From NCBI RefSeq assembly GCF_020745735.1, contig NW_026867509.1, positions 1,240,001 through 1,304,000 of the forward strand: a DNA stretch of 64,000 nucleotides. Direction: 5' to 3'. A program made the translations under genes and the position numbers. Source of the DNA: Hemiscyllium ocellatum (taxonomy: Eukaryota). Shown here piece by piece: positions 24,310-37,369 of the stretch. The notes under the pieces were generated by a model. That model was given only the letters and a program-made list of their open reading frames with translations, searched no databases and was not told the DNA's origin. Each line of letters opens with the position of its first letter. Within the stretch, counting starts at the first letter, position 1.

Positions 24310-27029
24310 TAAAAGTAAAATACAGAAAATTCTATATGCTGATATGTGTGAGTGGCAGCATGTTCGGAAATGTTTGGAACAAACAGTCCGAAGTCTGTAT
24401 TTTCGCCAGAATTTAAAAAACAACATGATCCTAAAACAGCGTGGAATCTTCAGGTTATCGAGAACGGATAAATTAAGAAAGGAATCTGCACTGAACGTTA
24501 AGAAATTTGGTTGCAAGTGTTTAAAACAGAGGGCTATAAACAGACTATATTCCCTCTGCAAGGGGGACTGCAAGACCAACGGGAATGCACATAACCCGTT
24601 AATGGTCACCAGCTGGAATTCGTGAAAATAAACAATTGCAGCTTCACAACGCAAATGGCCATTCTTAAGTCCAAGGATTAAGGTAGGAAGGGCAGAGATT
24701 TTAACACCTCAGGAATTCAGACAAGTCTCCAAAGGTGGTGACGTTATTGAGTATCTTTCTTGCTATGAATTTAAATAAATGTCATCTTTTTAAGGAAAAT
24801 GGTTAGTGTAGAAATAGTTAGATACGGTAAATTCCGTCGTTAAAACAATCGTCTATTTAAAATGCAGTTAAAGACAGTGTTTGAATCGAAATAGTTATAT
24901 TTGCAGCAACAAGTTAGAGATATAGTGTTTGTTTGATAGTACAAGTTGAGGTGGGGCAGAAAATGCTTATATCTCGTTGGCTAAAGCATTCCAAAATGAG
25001 GTGTCGCCATATAACTTAATAAATTTGTAGTTTTATTTTGTAACTGATATGATGAATGTTATAGCAATTATTACGAATTAACTGACTCTTCTAATGTCTC
25101 CTGTGACAAGGTCACTAGGAGATGTAAAATGAATAACAGAATTTGATAAGGAATGTAACCATCAGTATGGGAATATTAATTAATGGGATGGATTGTAAGA
25201 TCCCTAGGTCTCGTTGTAAATATGTGCAGCCAAGATAATGACATCATGGGAGACTCGAGGACTGTCAATAGCATGTCCATTTTTGATTGGAAGTCCAAAG
25301 ATTTGGATTCGTAGATCAGGGAAATAAATAAATGGCATCAATGTCCTTGTAAACATAAACGTCGTCATAATAAGAGAAAAGCTTAACACGATGTCAATTG
25401 TTAAGAGTAAATTACCCACTAAATCATTTTCAGATGCAGGGAAAGCTTGTGGTGATTTCCATTCTGCAAAAAAAACGTCTGTCCCATTTCAATTTATTTA
25501 TTTTATCCCAGTCGAATATTTCACAGCTCAGCATGTAACTAAGCAAAACCTTTAACACTGTTGTTAAACGCCATTTGACCTAAAATAAAACGGTGTGCAG
25601 AAACTCTTGATTACATTTTGATCTTTGATGATGTCTCACTAGGCCCTGGTTATTATTATACCGTCACATTGTTACTGAAGTTGTAATGATACTCAACAGT
25701 GCATTAGCGGTATTGGTGCAGATTGTCCAGGACTGGAAAATAAACCGCTCGGGAAGTATGTAGAGTCTGTAGTTGTTTTCTTTGATGGTGAGGAGCTTTA
25801 GGGGAGGCTTTCTTGACTTGTTCAAGATTCTCAGGAGCCTGGATAAAATGGGTTGAACGATGGATTTCCCTTGCTTAACACGTCAGTTACTGAATTTCAT
25901 AGGTTAATAGTTATTGGTAAAAAGTGTAGAGATGAACATTTTCTTTTTTTAAAAACCTGGACGTTGTGTATGGTCTGGAAAACTCGACCTGAAATGACAA
26001 AAGAGACAATAGCTGATAACCTGTTTAGCAAAGATGCTAACACCATAAATACTGAACCTCAAAGTTCATTGAACACATATTGTGAAATGGAATTTGATTT
26101 GATGGCTCTTTTCTCAGCCAGCATAGATCCGATGGTCAGAGGGGTTTACTTTTCCTGCTGTGAATGTTCCTATATTTTATTGCTGTTCTAAATATAAAAA
26201 AAAGGATAATATTCTATGTTGTAGGAAGAACACAGGGGAGTGACATAATATGGATTTTTGTGAGCCGAGATCAGTCTATCTCATTGGCAAAATCTTTTTG
26301 CTCTGTGCTATAATTTGCATTGTTATTACCTTGATGGTAATTAGCTTCTGCCTGCGTAAGTGCTTTGAGAAGTTTTATGACTATTGTGATACTCTCTTGC
26401 TCTTTGTCTCTTAATATTTCAACCCCGAATCATTATCACAACAGCATATGTGTCTTTAATAAGCACACCTACTTGGTCGGAGAGCACTACACACCTCAGG
26501 AACAGATAGGACTTGAAGCACATTCTCCAGACACAGAGCACTGACACTGCCACTCACAAAAGTGCCCTGGACACGTGCTATATTAAATAGTCTAATCAAT
26601 TATTATACTACATACTTTCTGTGACTGACTCTATTCATTCTTCAATCGATCATCCCTCTGTTTATGTAACTTGGGGCACATTTGTCGTCCTCCCTGAATG
26701 TTGACATGTTTTCCTTCCTCATACCAGGCGTTGTGCCGACCAGTGGTGGACGATGCAATGTTATTGCCGCTATTTCAAATGAATTTGCTTCGATTTATGT
26801 TACGGTCGACCTTATGCTTATTTGTATTACACTTGTTTCCTTTTCCATTTATATTGAATCGAATATGCTGGTGTTCGTACTCAGTTGGATTAATTCTCTT
26901 TTTGTATTAAATTAGAGCCGAATGTTTCCAATCTGTTTGGCGCATCACTCTGTTTTATGTTGACAATGCCTGTTTAATTAATAGTCTATTCTAATCAATA
27001 TTTGTAACTATTTTGATGTGTAGGTGCCA

Positions 27030-27455
27030 GTGTTGGACTGTGGTTGACAAAATTAAAAATCTCACAACACCAGTTTGTAGCTCAACAAACTTTCTGGATG
27101 TAAAAGCTTTCAGAGTGCTTCTACTTCATCAGTAACCTAGTGGGGATTGATCAGACATTGTCTGAGTTTAGATATCAACTATTTTAAATAAGCCTCTACA
27201 TTACCTCAGGAGTGTAACTTGAAAGAAATTTTGGGATTTACATACTGATGAATCGAAATCTGCAACATTCGAAGTGTCAAAGCAATCTAATTTTTTTTAT
27301 TCATTGCGTAAGGTGTATGACACATTTATCATAAATTCTGTCTCAGGATTCTGCCTCAATACGTGCCTGATGAAGGAGCAGCCCCCTGAAAGTTTGTAAT
27401 TCTAATTAAACCTGATGGATTATGACATGCTGGTGTTTGGTTTTTAACTTTACAA
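27030..27455. mobile_element. Degenerate Penelope-type relic with oppositely oriented CTGATGAAG..GAAAG terminal motifs
   Basis: Hammerhead-like remnants at 27103-27132 (-) and 27367-27395 (+). Confidence 0.55.
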
Positions 27456-28379
27456 TTAAGTGTTATGACCATCAAAGCATAATGCAATGGACCGCATGTC
27501 ATCTCTCATTGCACACCATCCCCCCACCTCCACTTCCTTTCTTCCGTTTAAGCTAAACGTAATTCTCCCAATTAATCATGTTGTCACTTTTCATATTATA
27601 TTCGGCTCATTCTTAATCAAGATCACCCAGAGCATGTAATATCAGATATTATATTCATCATGCCTCCATTGCCAGTGCTTTTGTTATGACAGATGTAAGC
27701 CATGGATCATGCATGATAACTCTCAATGATAACTCTCTCTGAATTGTATCATGCCATGTGGGAGCTTATAGTACATCCATTAACGAGGATCAACTATTTG
27801 GAGATCCTTCCTGGATGTACAGTTTAGCAGAAAACACGGAAGAGATCTACAGTTGCACATGGCACAGAATTTGCATGCGATGGTATTTACCTCCGATATA
27901 CTCTCATATAGTGCATGATTGTTCAAACAGATGTGCTATAAATGTATTTAAATACTGACATGACGTTAATGCTGAAACATTAAAATAATTTCCAATGAAC
28001 AAAAGTTTAATTTAATTTGGCAACGAAATGAAAAGAACAATTTAGAACATGGAAGAGACGTTTAAATTTAGAAATTCGATATCATCTCAGTACTTAAAAT
28101 AAGCAGTTCCATTCAATGCAGAGTTTGAAGATATCGATTATGGACAGAGGGTGGCCGTCAGCATTTTGCCTACAGATATAACAAAGTCTCACTTACAAAG
28201 TTAGAAATGCAAGACACAGAACTTTGACTTTATGCGTATTTGAAATAGATTGGAAGCAAACTTGAGGTTGAAGTGTTACTGTTGGCCTGCAGACTCACAG
28301 AAGGAATCAACGAGGGTCAACTGGGATATGTGATAAAGCTGAGTTACACCACATTGTGAAATATTCTCGTTTCTGAAAG

Positions 28380-28452
28380 ACGATCTATGGGCATACCGAT
28401 GATCCTTTCTCTGTTATCTTGTACCTGATTCTCCTAGTAATTGGTATTCCTG
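28380..28452 (+). pseudogene. Orphan exon 1 of a third GPR139/142-like paralog
   Basis: Reads ACG (dead ATG, same AAG-ATG context as the intact gene) ..FSVILYLILLVIGIP+G; donor mutated to GGGAGG; no exon 2 recognised downstream. Confidence 0.65.
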
Positions 28453-28984
28453 GGGAGGAATAGATCACAAATGAGTTATTTAAATTTACTTGAACCTCTG
28501 GATATGAGGCACCTCTCCTTTCAGAATTGGCATGATGTTTTTTCCAACATCTGGCACTATCTAAATGAAAGGGACTGTAGCCAATTTTCGTTATATGCCT
28601 GTACTTTGTGTGACATTATACTTTGCTGTGGTAAACTATAATGCATTGTCAGAGCTTACTTTATGGACTATTATAAAATTTAATTCAATTTATTACGAAT
28701 GTGTTAATGGACATACCATTTATAATATGGCTTAAATCTTGATCTTTGCATATGGCCTTGTAACATTAATCAACTGAATTTTTGGACATTAGGTCTTACT
28801 CGAATGTAGCAAACTCCGATTTTTTTCTGCTTAAGGAAGTACTTTTATGGCACAATGCAGTAGCATGCAGTTTGTACTGTGATCTTATTACAGCATAAGA
28901 AATGAACTATGAGAACTCAATCACGGTACGATCTTCATTGAAACATTTCGTTCCCATGCAATAATCCATAGCAAGATGTTTGAA

Positions 28985-29890
28985 ATGAAGTCTGAGTTGT
29001 TGCAAAATGAGTTTGAACTAGGTTTTCCTCACTATGCATTTAACCTGCAGAATTACGGATGTAAGCGAGAAATGGCAAATGAAGTTCATTATAGATAAGT
29101 ATGAGGTATTGCATTTTGGAAAGTCAAATCATGGTCGGACTTGCATGGAGAATATTAGGGCCTTTAGGAGAGTAGTGGAACAGAGGGATCTTGGAGTTTA
29201 GGATCACATTGCTGTGAAAGTGGCGTCACAGGTAGAAAGAGCAGTGACGAAGACTTTTGGCACACTGGACTGCATCAGCCAGGATATTGAGTATAGAAGT
29301 TGGGAAGTTACTTTTCAATTATACAGGATGTTGGTGAGGCCGCAGGCGGAGTATTGTGTTCAGTTTTTGTCACCTTGATATCTGAAGGATGTTATTAAAC
29401 TGGAAAGAGTGAAGAAGAAATTTACAAGAATTACCCCGGACTCAATCGTTTCTGTTATAGGGAGGGATTTGACAGGCTATGAGAGCTTTCCTTAGAGAAT
29501 AGGAGACTGGGGGAACCTTTTATATGTGCATGAAGTCAGAAGAAGCATGGACAGTGTTAATGCCCTCAGTATTTTTTGCTGGCTTGGGGAATAGAGGACT
29601 AGGAAGGTGTCTGCAGCGGGGAAAAAGAAAAGGGAACCTGAGGGCAATTTATTTTTTACACAGAGGCTATTACGCAGATGGAAAGTGCTACCAGCAGGAG
29701 TGTTTGAGGCAGGTACGTTAACAACATTTAAAAGGCATTTGGGCAAATATTTCGGTAGGAAATAATTAGAAGGATATGGGCCAAATGCAGGGAAATGGGG
29801 TTGGCGTCGACGGTTATTTTGATAAGCTTGGGACAATTTGGGCTAAAGGACATGCCTCCATGCTGTAGGACTTGATGACCCTATGATTCT
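28985..29890 (+). mobile_element. Decayed CR1 3' fragment
   Basis: KWQMKF..DKYEVLHFGKSN remnant and LINE 3' end. Confidence 0.8.
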
Positions 29891-30396
29891 GAAAACATTC
29901 TTTTGAAGAATTACGATTAAATGCCACGTACTGAACAAGGGAGAAAGTCATTGAGGATATAATCTCAAAAGAATAAGTCTTCCGCAGTTAAATGCACAAA
30001 AAAAATTGATAGACTTTGGATTGAAGTAATGCAGAAGAGAGCACAATTAGACGAGCACAGGTATGGAGGAATTTGTAGAAGGATACTGGGACGGCATTGG
30101 TGAGATGTTCACTCTGTCAAATTCACAAAATTCATTCTCAAACTCTCTCACTATCTCTCAGGCACACATTCTCTCTGTTACCATAAGCACATGGATGATG
30201 ATGCGATAGTGTAGGGGGACGGGCTGAGAATAGTTCACAGGTCGGCGCAACATCGAGGTCTTAAGGGTCTGTTCTGCCCTGTATTGTCCAATGTTCTATG
30301 TTCTCATCTCACTTGCACACACTCTCTCACTCATATTCAAACACCTAGTCAAACTCAGTCTAACACAAACTCTCACTTATACATATTCTATCTATT

Positions 30397-30706
30397 GGGC
30401 GGCACGGTGGCACAGTGGTTAGCACTGCTGCCTCACAGCGCCAGGGACCTGGGTTCAATTCCCGCCTCAGGCGACTGACTGTGTGGAGTTTGCACGTTCT
30501 CCCCGTGTCTGCGTGGGTTTCCTCCGGGTGCTCCGGTTTCCTCCCACAGTCCAAAGATGTGCGGGTCAGGTGAATTGGCCATGCTAAATTGCCCGTAGTG
30601 TTAAGTAAGGGGTATATGTAGGGGTATGGGTGGGTTGTGCTTCGGCGGGTCGGTGTGGACTTGTTGGGCCGAAGGGCCTGTTTCCACACTGTAAGTAATC
30701 TAATCT
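30397..30706 (+). mobile_element. HE1-type V-SINE, full length
   Basis: GGGCGGCACGGTGGCACAGTGGTTAGCACTGCTGCCTCACAGCGCC head with B box GGTTCAATTCC, V-domain core, CR1-like tail ending GTAAGTAATCTAATCT. Confidence 0.95.
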
Positions 30707-33102
30707 GTCATTTGCAATCACGCACTTTCCCACATTATCAATCACCTATTTTCAAACTCAATGGCAAATTCTCCCACACACACATATGATAGTGAGCTCG
30801 ATATTGACAAATAATAATCCAAAACTGAGTGGCGAAAAGATAAATATTCTTTGGGAAAAGTTAGAGGTTGCGGACGGCAAGGGGTGACATGTTCCTTCAC
30901 TCAGAGATCTACACACCATTCACACTTACTCACCACTGTTACACTCACACGTTCTGCCAGTCACACCCGCACACTAGCATAGTCTCATGCACATACGCAT
31001 GCATGTGCTATTGTTTTGCACCCTCTCTCATTTGCTAATGCACACTGTCAATCATGCATGCACATTCTTCGTCTGACCCTCAGACATAAACTTGCTTATT
31101 GTTATGATCATACGTGCGACTGTTTTGAAGAATAATCGTCATGTCCCACTTTCCAGAATAGCATGAAATTTTGCATGAAGATTCTTCGGAGTGGGCGTGG
31201 CATAAAGACAGCACTTATTTTAAAGAAATTCATTGTGATTTGCAATGAGCTGTTTGACAGAGAGCTGAGGCAGTTGTACTCTTATTTTCAACGGAGTCTT
31301 AGATGGGCTTGGAATGTGAACATTTGCAAGACATTGTGAGCCAAGCAGGAGAGTGGGATTTACGGCATGATTTCCTTCTCAAGCGGTGCATTTCTGATTC
31401 CAGAATTTCTTCTTCCTGTGACCAGAAGATACTGATGCGACTTGAGATCCCGGAAAACTGCATTTCATAGAAAGAAACATGATACCAATGATTAAATGAA
31501 GAAAATTGACGTCTGTGTGTGACTATCTGCATCTTTAAGTATTTGCAAATAGTTGTCAATCTGTGCTTAGCCCTCCATTTTTCCATCTGTGTTTAACCCT
31601 CACGATCTATCTCTTTTTGTATCTATCTGTGCGCATGTGTGCATGCGTCTGTGTTTCTCTCTATGTGTGTCTCTGTGCTTCTGTGTAACTTCAAAGAAAG
31701 ACATTTTGTCAATAGTTTCCATGAGTTAAAAGGTGTCAAACCTTCTTTTATCTTCAGCATGTTTGTAAAGAGATATAATGCCACCCCACTCCAGATGACT
31801 CGACACCGGAGCAAAAGTGGATTCAGACTGAAGGGAGACAAAAATACACAATATCATGCAAACTGACAGCCGCAAAATTTCCCATTGACGTTCAGTTTGG
31901 AGATATCTTTTGGTGACAAGAACTTCAAAATTTGTTAGTATGTCTGTCCCAGTTGGGTTTCAATGTACGTGTAAGATTCAGGGGAAATTGTGAAATTGAG
32001 CCATTCAGAGTTCCTGTGCAGTAATGGTTGCTCGAAATCCTGAAGCATTGTCGTTGGCTCATTGTTGGTGTCAGACCAAATATTACCCACTGATTGCCAG
32101 GAAATGTCCCCATGTCTGATGGTGAATGCCTGCGTGGGCGTTTACATGATGCCAAGGTAACCACCCACTCGTTCCATTTCATCACATGAAACGTCTCCAC
32201 AGTTCTGAAGAAGAGTCATATTTGATTGATAAACGTAACTGGTTCTCTCTCGACAGATACTGCCAGATCAACTGAGATGGTACTGTACTTCTTGCTTCTC
32301 CACGTTTTGCTTTTCTTGAAGTGCCTGCTGCGTTCGGGATTTTGCCTTTATCCTCACAATAACATACGGATAGTTGTGACGATACATCGCCTTTAACGAG
32401 GTTATGTTCTCCTTTTTCAAGAGGGATCAGAGAGGCAGTGGTGCTAATTTGTCTGAAAATGCTTAATTTGAACAATGGCAAAAGAAAAGCCAGATCTCCC
32501 TATTCAGTTATTTTTTTCTACTTCGTTTCTTTCGGTAAGCAGTCAGAAAACTGCTGTTAGCAGAGAAGAAGCTACAGTGAAAAGAGGTTCTATGCTACCA
32601 CAGAGGTGTCTTTCCTGACCTTTACATCTGAAACCTGTAAGGTCCTACGTAAGGACCAGCTGCATCACTCCTAGAATATCCACTCTACATCTGCTCAAGC
32701 AAAACTAATACGTTTCGGTCAGTGCTACATTACCTCCTTTTTCAAATGGTCTAAACCAAGATGAGTTCCGAGGTATTCGCTGAGGAAATATGGCACCATT
32801 CATGGGGATAAGCCTACAGATATCTCAGTTCACTGCTCTGCTAATTTGAACGAAACCAAGAAAACAGTTCCTTCAGAATTCAACAAAGCTTAGATCTCTG
32901 ACTTTGCAATGCATTACTGCTCGCTGAGATGAACATTAAAACAAGAATGCAGTTAATCCTGACAAAACATTCGTAAGGCATTCTCACCTTCTATCACCGA
33001 AAAAGATCAAGACCTGGATGGTAAATTGACAAAGAGCGGAGTCTCTTATTATTTTAGCTGAATGACGTTCTTGCTTACTGTGTTTGCTGGGTCATTTCAT
33101 GT

Positions 33103-35950
33103 GGACCCGGAAGCTGGTGTCGCGCTAGCTTACTTGGGAAGGTTTTTTTTTATAAAAGCGTGCAGCTCCAAGCCTTCGGCCTCACTCTCTCGGCGGAGAA
33201 GGTAACGGCTGTCTGGAGGTGTTTTTTTAAAGTTGCGGTATAGTCCAGTTATTGTTTTTTTTTAACGGCTAAAATTTTAATTTTTTTTAAGCGCCTAGCG
33301 GACCCAGAAGCTGGTGTCGCGCTAGCTTACCTGGGAAGGTTTTTCTTTTCATATGAAAGCGCGCAGGCTGAGGTTAGAGATAGGAAAGGTGAGGTCACCC
33401 TGTTTGGAGTTTTCTACAGGCCTCCTAATAGTCTGACAGAAGTAGAGGAAAGTATTGCGAGGATGATTCAGGGGAAGAGTGGAAGTAGCAGAGTGGTTGT
33501 TATGGGGGACTTTAACTTCCCAGATATTGACTGGGAAAGCTATAGCTCGAGTTCGTTAGATGGGTCGGTGTTTGTCCAATGTGTGCAGGAGGGTTTCCTG
33601 ACACAATATGTAGACAGGCCAACAAGAGGTGATGCTATACTGGATTTGGTTCTAGGTTATGAACCAGGTCAGGTGATAGACTTGGAGGTAGGTGAGCACT
33701 TCGGGGACAGTGACCACAACTCGGTGACTTTTACTCTAGTGATGGAGAGGGATAAATGTGCACTGCAGGGCAAGAGTTATAGCTGGGAGCAGGGAAATTA
33801 TGATGCGGTGAGGCATGGCTTAGGATGCGTGGATTGGAAAAATAGGCTTCAAGGGAAGAACACAAATGATACATGGAGATTGTTCAAGGAACAGCTACTA
33901 GGTGTCCTTGATAAGTATGTGCCAGTCAGGCAGGGAGTAAAGGGTCTTGTGAGGGAGCCGTGGTTTAATAAGGAATTGGAATCCTTTGTGAAAGGGAAGA
34001 TGGCGGCCTATGTAAAGATGAGGTGTGAAGGTTCAGTTGGGGCGATTGAGAGTTATAAGGTAGCCAGGAAGGATCTAAAGAGAGAGCTAAGAGCAGCGAG
34101 AAGGGGACATAAGTTGGTAGGATTAGGGAAAACCCAAAGGCTTTCTATAGGTATGTCAGGAATAAAAGGATGACTAGGGTAGGTATCGGTCTAGTCAAGG
34201 ATAGTAGTGGGAAGTTGTGCGTGGAGGCGGAGGAGATTGGAGAGACACTAAATCAATACTTTTCGTCAGTATTCACTCAGGAACAGGACACTGTTGCTGA
34301 TGTGAATATTGAGTCACAAGTGAAATTAGAATGGATGGCCTTGATTAGAATGGATGGCCTTGGGGTATGTAGGGAAGAGGTCTGGGGAATACTGGAAAGG
34401 ATGAAAATAGATAAGCCCCCTGGACCTGATGGCATTTATCCTAGGATCCTCTGGGAAGCTAGGGAGGAGACAGCGGAGCCATGGGCCTTGATTTTTATGT
34501 CGTCGATGTCTACGGGAATAGTGCCAGAAGACTGCAGGATAGCGAATGTGGTCCCCTTGTTCAAGAAGGGGAATAGGGATAGCCCTAGTAACCCTAGGCC
34601 AGTGAGTCTCACTTCTGTTGTGGGCAAAGTCTTAGACAGAATTGTAAGGGATAGGATTTATGAACATCTGGATAGGAATACTGTGATCAAGGATAGTCAG
34701 CATGGTTTTGTGAAGGGCAGGTCGTGCCTCACAAACCTTATTGAGTTCTTTGAGAAGGTGACCAAGGAAGTGGACCAAGGTAAAGCAGTTGTTGTGGTGT
34801 ATATGGATTTTAGCAAGGCATTCGATAAAGTATCCCATGACAGGCTGATGCAAAAACTACGGAGGTATGGCATTGAAGGTGCATTAGAGGTTTGGATTTG
34901 GAATTGGCTGGCTGGAAGGAGACAGAGGGTAGTAGTTGATGGTATAGGTTCATCTTGGAGTGCAGTTACTAGCGGTGTTCCACAAGGATCTGTTTTGGGA
35001 CCATTGCTGTTTGTCATTTTTATAAATGACCTAGAGGAGGGGCTTGAAGTCTGGGTGAGCAAGTTTGCGGATGACAAGAAAGTCGGTGGAGTTGTGGACA
35101 GCGAAGAAGGATGTGGCAGGTTACAGCGGGGTAGATAAGTTGCAGAGCTGTGCAGAAAGGTGGCAAATGGAGTTCAATGTAGGTAAGAGTGAAGTCATTC
35201 ACTTTGGTATGAGTAACAAGTAGATGGATTACTGGGCTAATGGTAGGCTACTTGGTAGTGTGGATGAGCAGAGGGATCTTGGTGTCCATGTACACAGATC
35301 TCTGAAAGTTGCCACCCAGGTAAATAGTGCTGTGAAGAAGGCATATGGTGTACTGGGCTTTATTGGTAGAGGAATTGAGTTCCGCAGTCCTGTGGTCATG
35401 TTGCAGTTGTATAAGACTCTGGTGCGGCCTCATCTGGAGTATTGTGTGCAGTTTTGGTCGCATTACCAAAGGAAGGATGTGGAGGCACTGGAACGGGTGC
35501 AGAGGAGGTTTACCAGGTTGTTGACTGGCATGGTAGGAAGATCGTATGAGGAAAAGCTGAGGCACTTGGGGCTGTTCTCATTGGAGAAAAGAAGGATTAG
35601 GGGAGATTTGATAGAGGTGTACAAGATGGTTAGGGGTTTAGATAGGGTTGACAGTGAGAACCTTTTTCCGCTAATGGAGCCAGCTGTTACTAGAGGACAC
35701 AGCTTTAAATTAAGGGGTGTTAGTTATAGGACAGATGTTAGCTGTAGATTCTTTACTCAGCGGGTTGTGAGTTCTTGGAATGCCCTGCCAGTAGCAGTGG
35801 TGGACTCTCCCTCTTTATGGTCATTTAAGCGGGCATTGGATAGGCATATGGAGGTTATTGGGCTAGTGTAAGTTAGGTAGGCTTCGGTCGGCGCAACATC
35901 AAGGGCCGAAGGGCCTGTACTGCGCTGTATTTTTCTATGTTCTATGTTCT
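33103..35950 (+). mobile_element. CR1 LINE, relatively young; duplicated 5'UTR motif joined directly to ORF2 (APE + RT), frameshifted
   Basis: ORFs 33463-34173 (GDFNFP, SDHN), 34170-35138 ([25 protein letters not shown]) and 35224-35871; (TTCTATG)n tail. Confidence 0.97.
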
Positions 35951-37369
35951 AGATATGTTATCTAATTATCCCCTGTGACTATCCTGATCACTGAATATAT
36001 ATTATGTACAATCTCTAGCAATGTCAATGAAACGACGTGAAATATTTATATGTCGTGCCTCCACCTCGAAGACAGAGCTTAGAAAAGGTGCAGCACTGAC
36101 TTCAGTCTATTTCTCACTTCCTATTGTTGTAGCTTTGCGATGTTATAGTAAAGACATTTCGAAAGAAAAGAAGTGTTTCCTTCCCAGTAAAATCCCATTT
36201 TCCTTTCACGTTGATGTTTCTAATCTAGCTTTTATAATGTGTCAAACACTAGAGGTCCTGTAGACTTTTACCTCCCTATCCCATTATGCTTCTACGGCGT
36301 TTTCTTTCCGTTTCATGGGTTTAATGATTGTTTAAAGTTCTATTCATCAGTTTACAGCTTTGTTTTACCATAATAGTAAGAGAGATATACCAGTATACAG
36401 TACCGAACGAAATGGCCCTTCGGTCGATTGAGTCTATGCTGGTTAAAAAAAAGAGTATTTTTTCCCATTTTCTAGCAATTAACTTATGTTCTTTTGTGCC
36501 TTGGCGTCACAACTGCACACTTAAAATTTTCCAGATGTTGTCAGGGTTTCCGAATCTGCCACCCTTTATAGTCAGTGAGTACCAGATTCCACCAACATCT
36601 GATTGAATACAATTACCTCACATCTATTCTAATCCTCCAAAACTTTACCTCAAATTTCTGCCCAATCATTGATCACTCCAGTGAGTGGATAAATTCTGAC
36701 CTGTCGAGCTCGTCTGTGAACCTCATAGTTTTAAACATTTCAATTGTTTCTCCTTCTCAGTCTCTCTATTTAAAAATAACAACCCCAGTCTGTCCATTTT
36801 ATCTTTATAATTAAACATCTCCACTTCACGAAACATCACAGGAAACCTCGCTCGCTCCCTCGTCTGGGCAAACAAAACCGTTGTACATGTGGGTGTCAGA
36901 ACCACGCATAATTCTGTAATTACTTTGCATGAAGTTCCAGTATTACCTCTCTGCTTTTAAGCTTTCTGCTTCAGAGTAGAAATGTCAGTATCCTATCTGC
37001 CTTCTTGACCACTTTGACGATCCAACACTCCTTCCAAGAAACAGTTATTTCTTTACTTCTAATATTATTTTCACAATTTCGTCTACGAAAGGATAAATCA
37101 TGACTTTTGATACCTGTAAATTTTCGATATTTAGAAACACGTTTAGCTCTCTGATTCAGCTTTCTGTGAATTATTTTCCATATATTTCAATGACATTATT
37201 TTCTTGGGCATATTTTTTCTTGTTTTCTTTTACTCCCATCCCTCTTCCTTACTGCTGACAATACAGGATTGTTTGGCTTTCCCTTCATTTTGAACTTCTG
37301 GCCAACGATATTGCTTCTTTCTTGTAAAGTCTTCTTTTCTCAGTAGAACTTACCGTCGTTCAGAATTAT

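Noticed and set aside
30360-30689. 109-aa minus ORF (and the similar 54246-54542 ORF)
   Set aside because: Antisense reading of HE1 SINEs.
31299-31586. 95-aa minus-strand ORF
   Set aside because: No recognisable domain or splice context.
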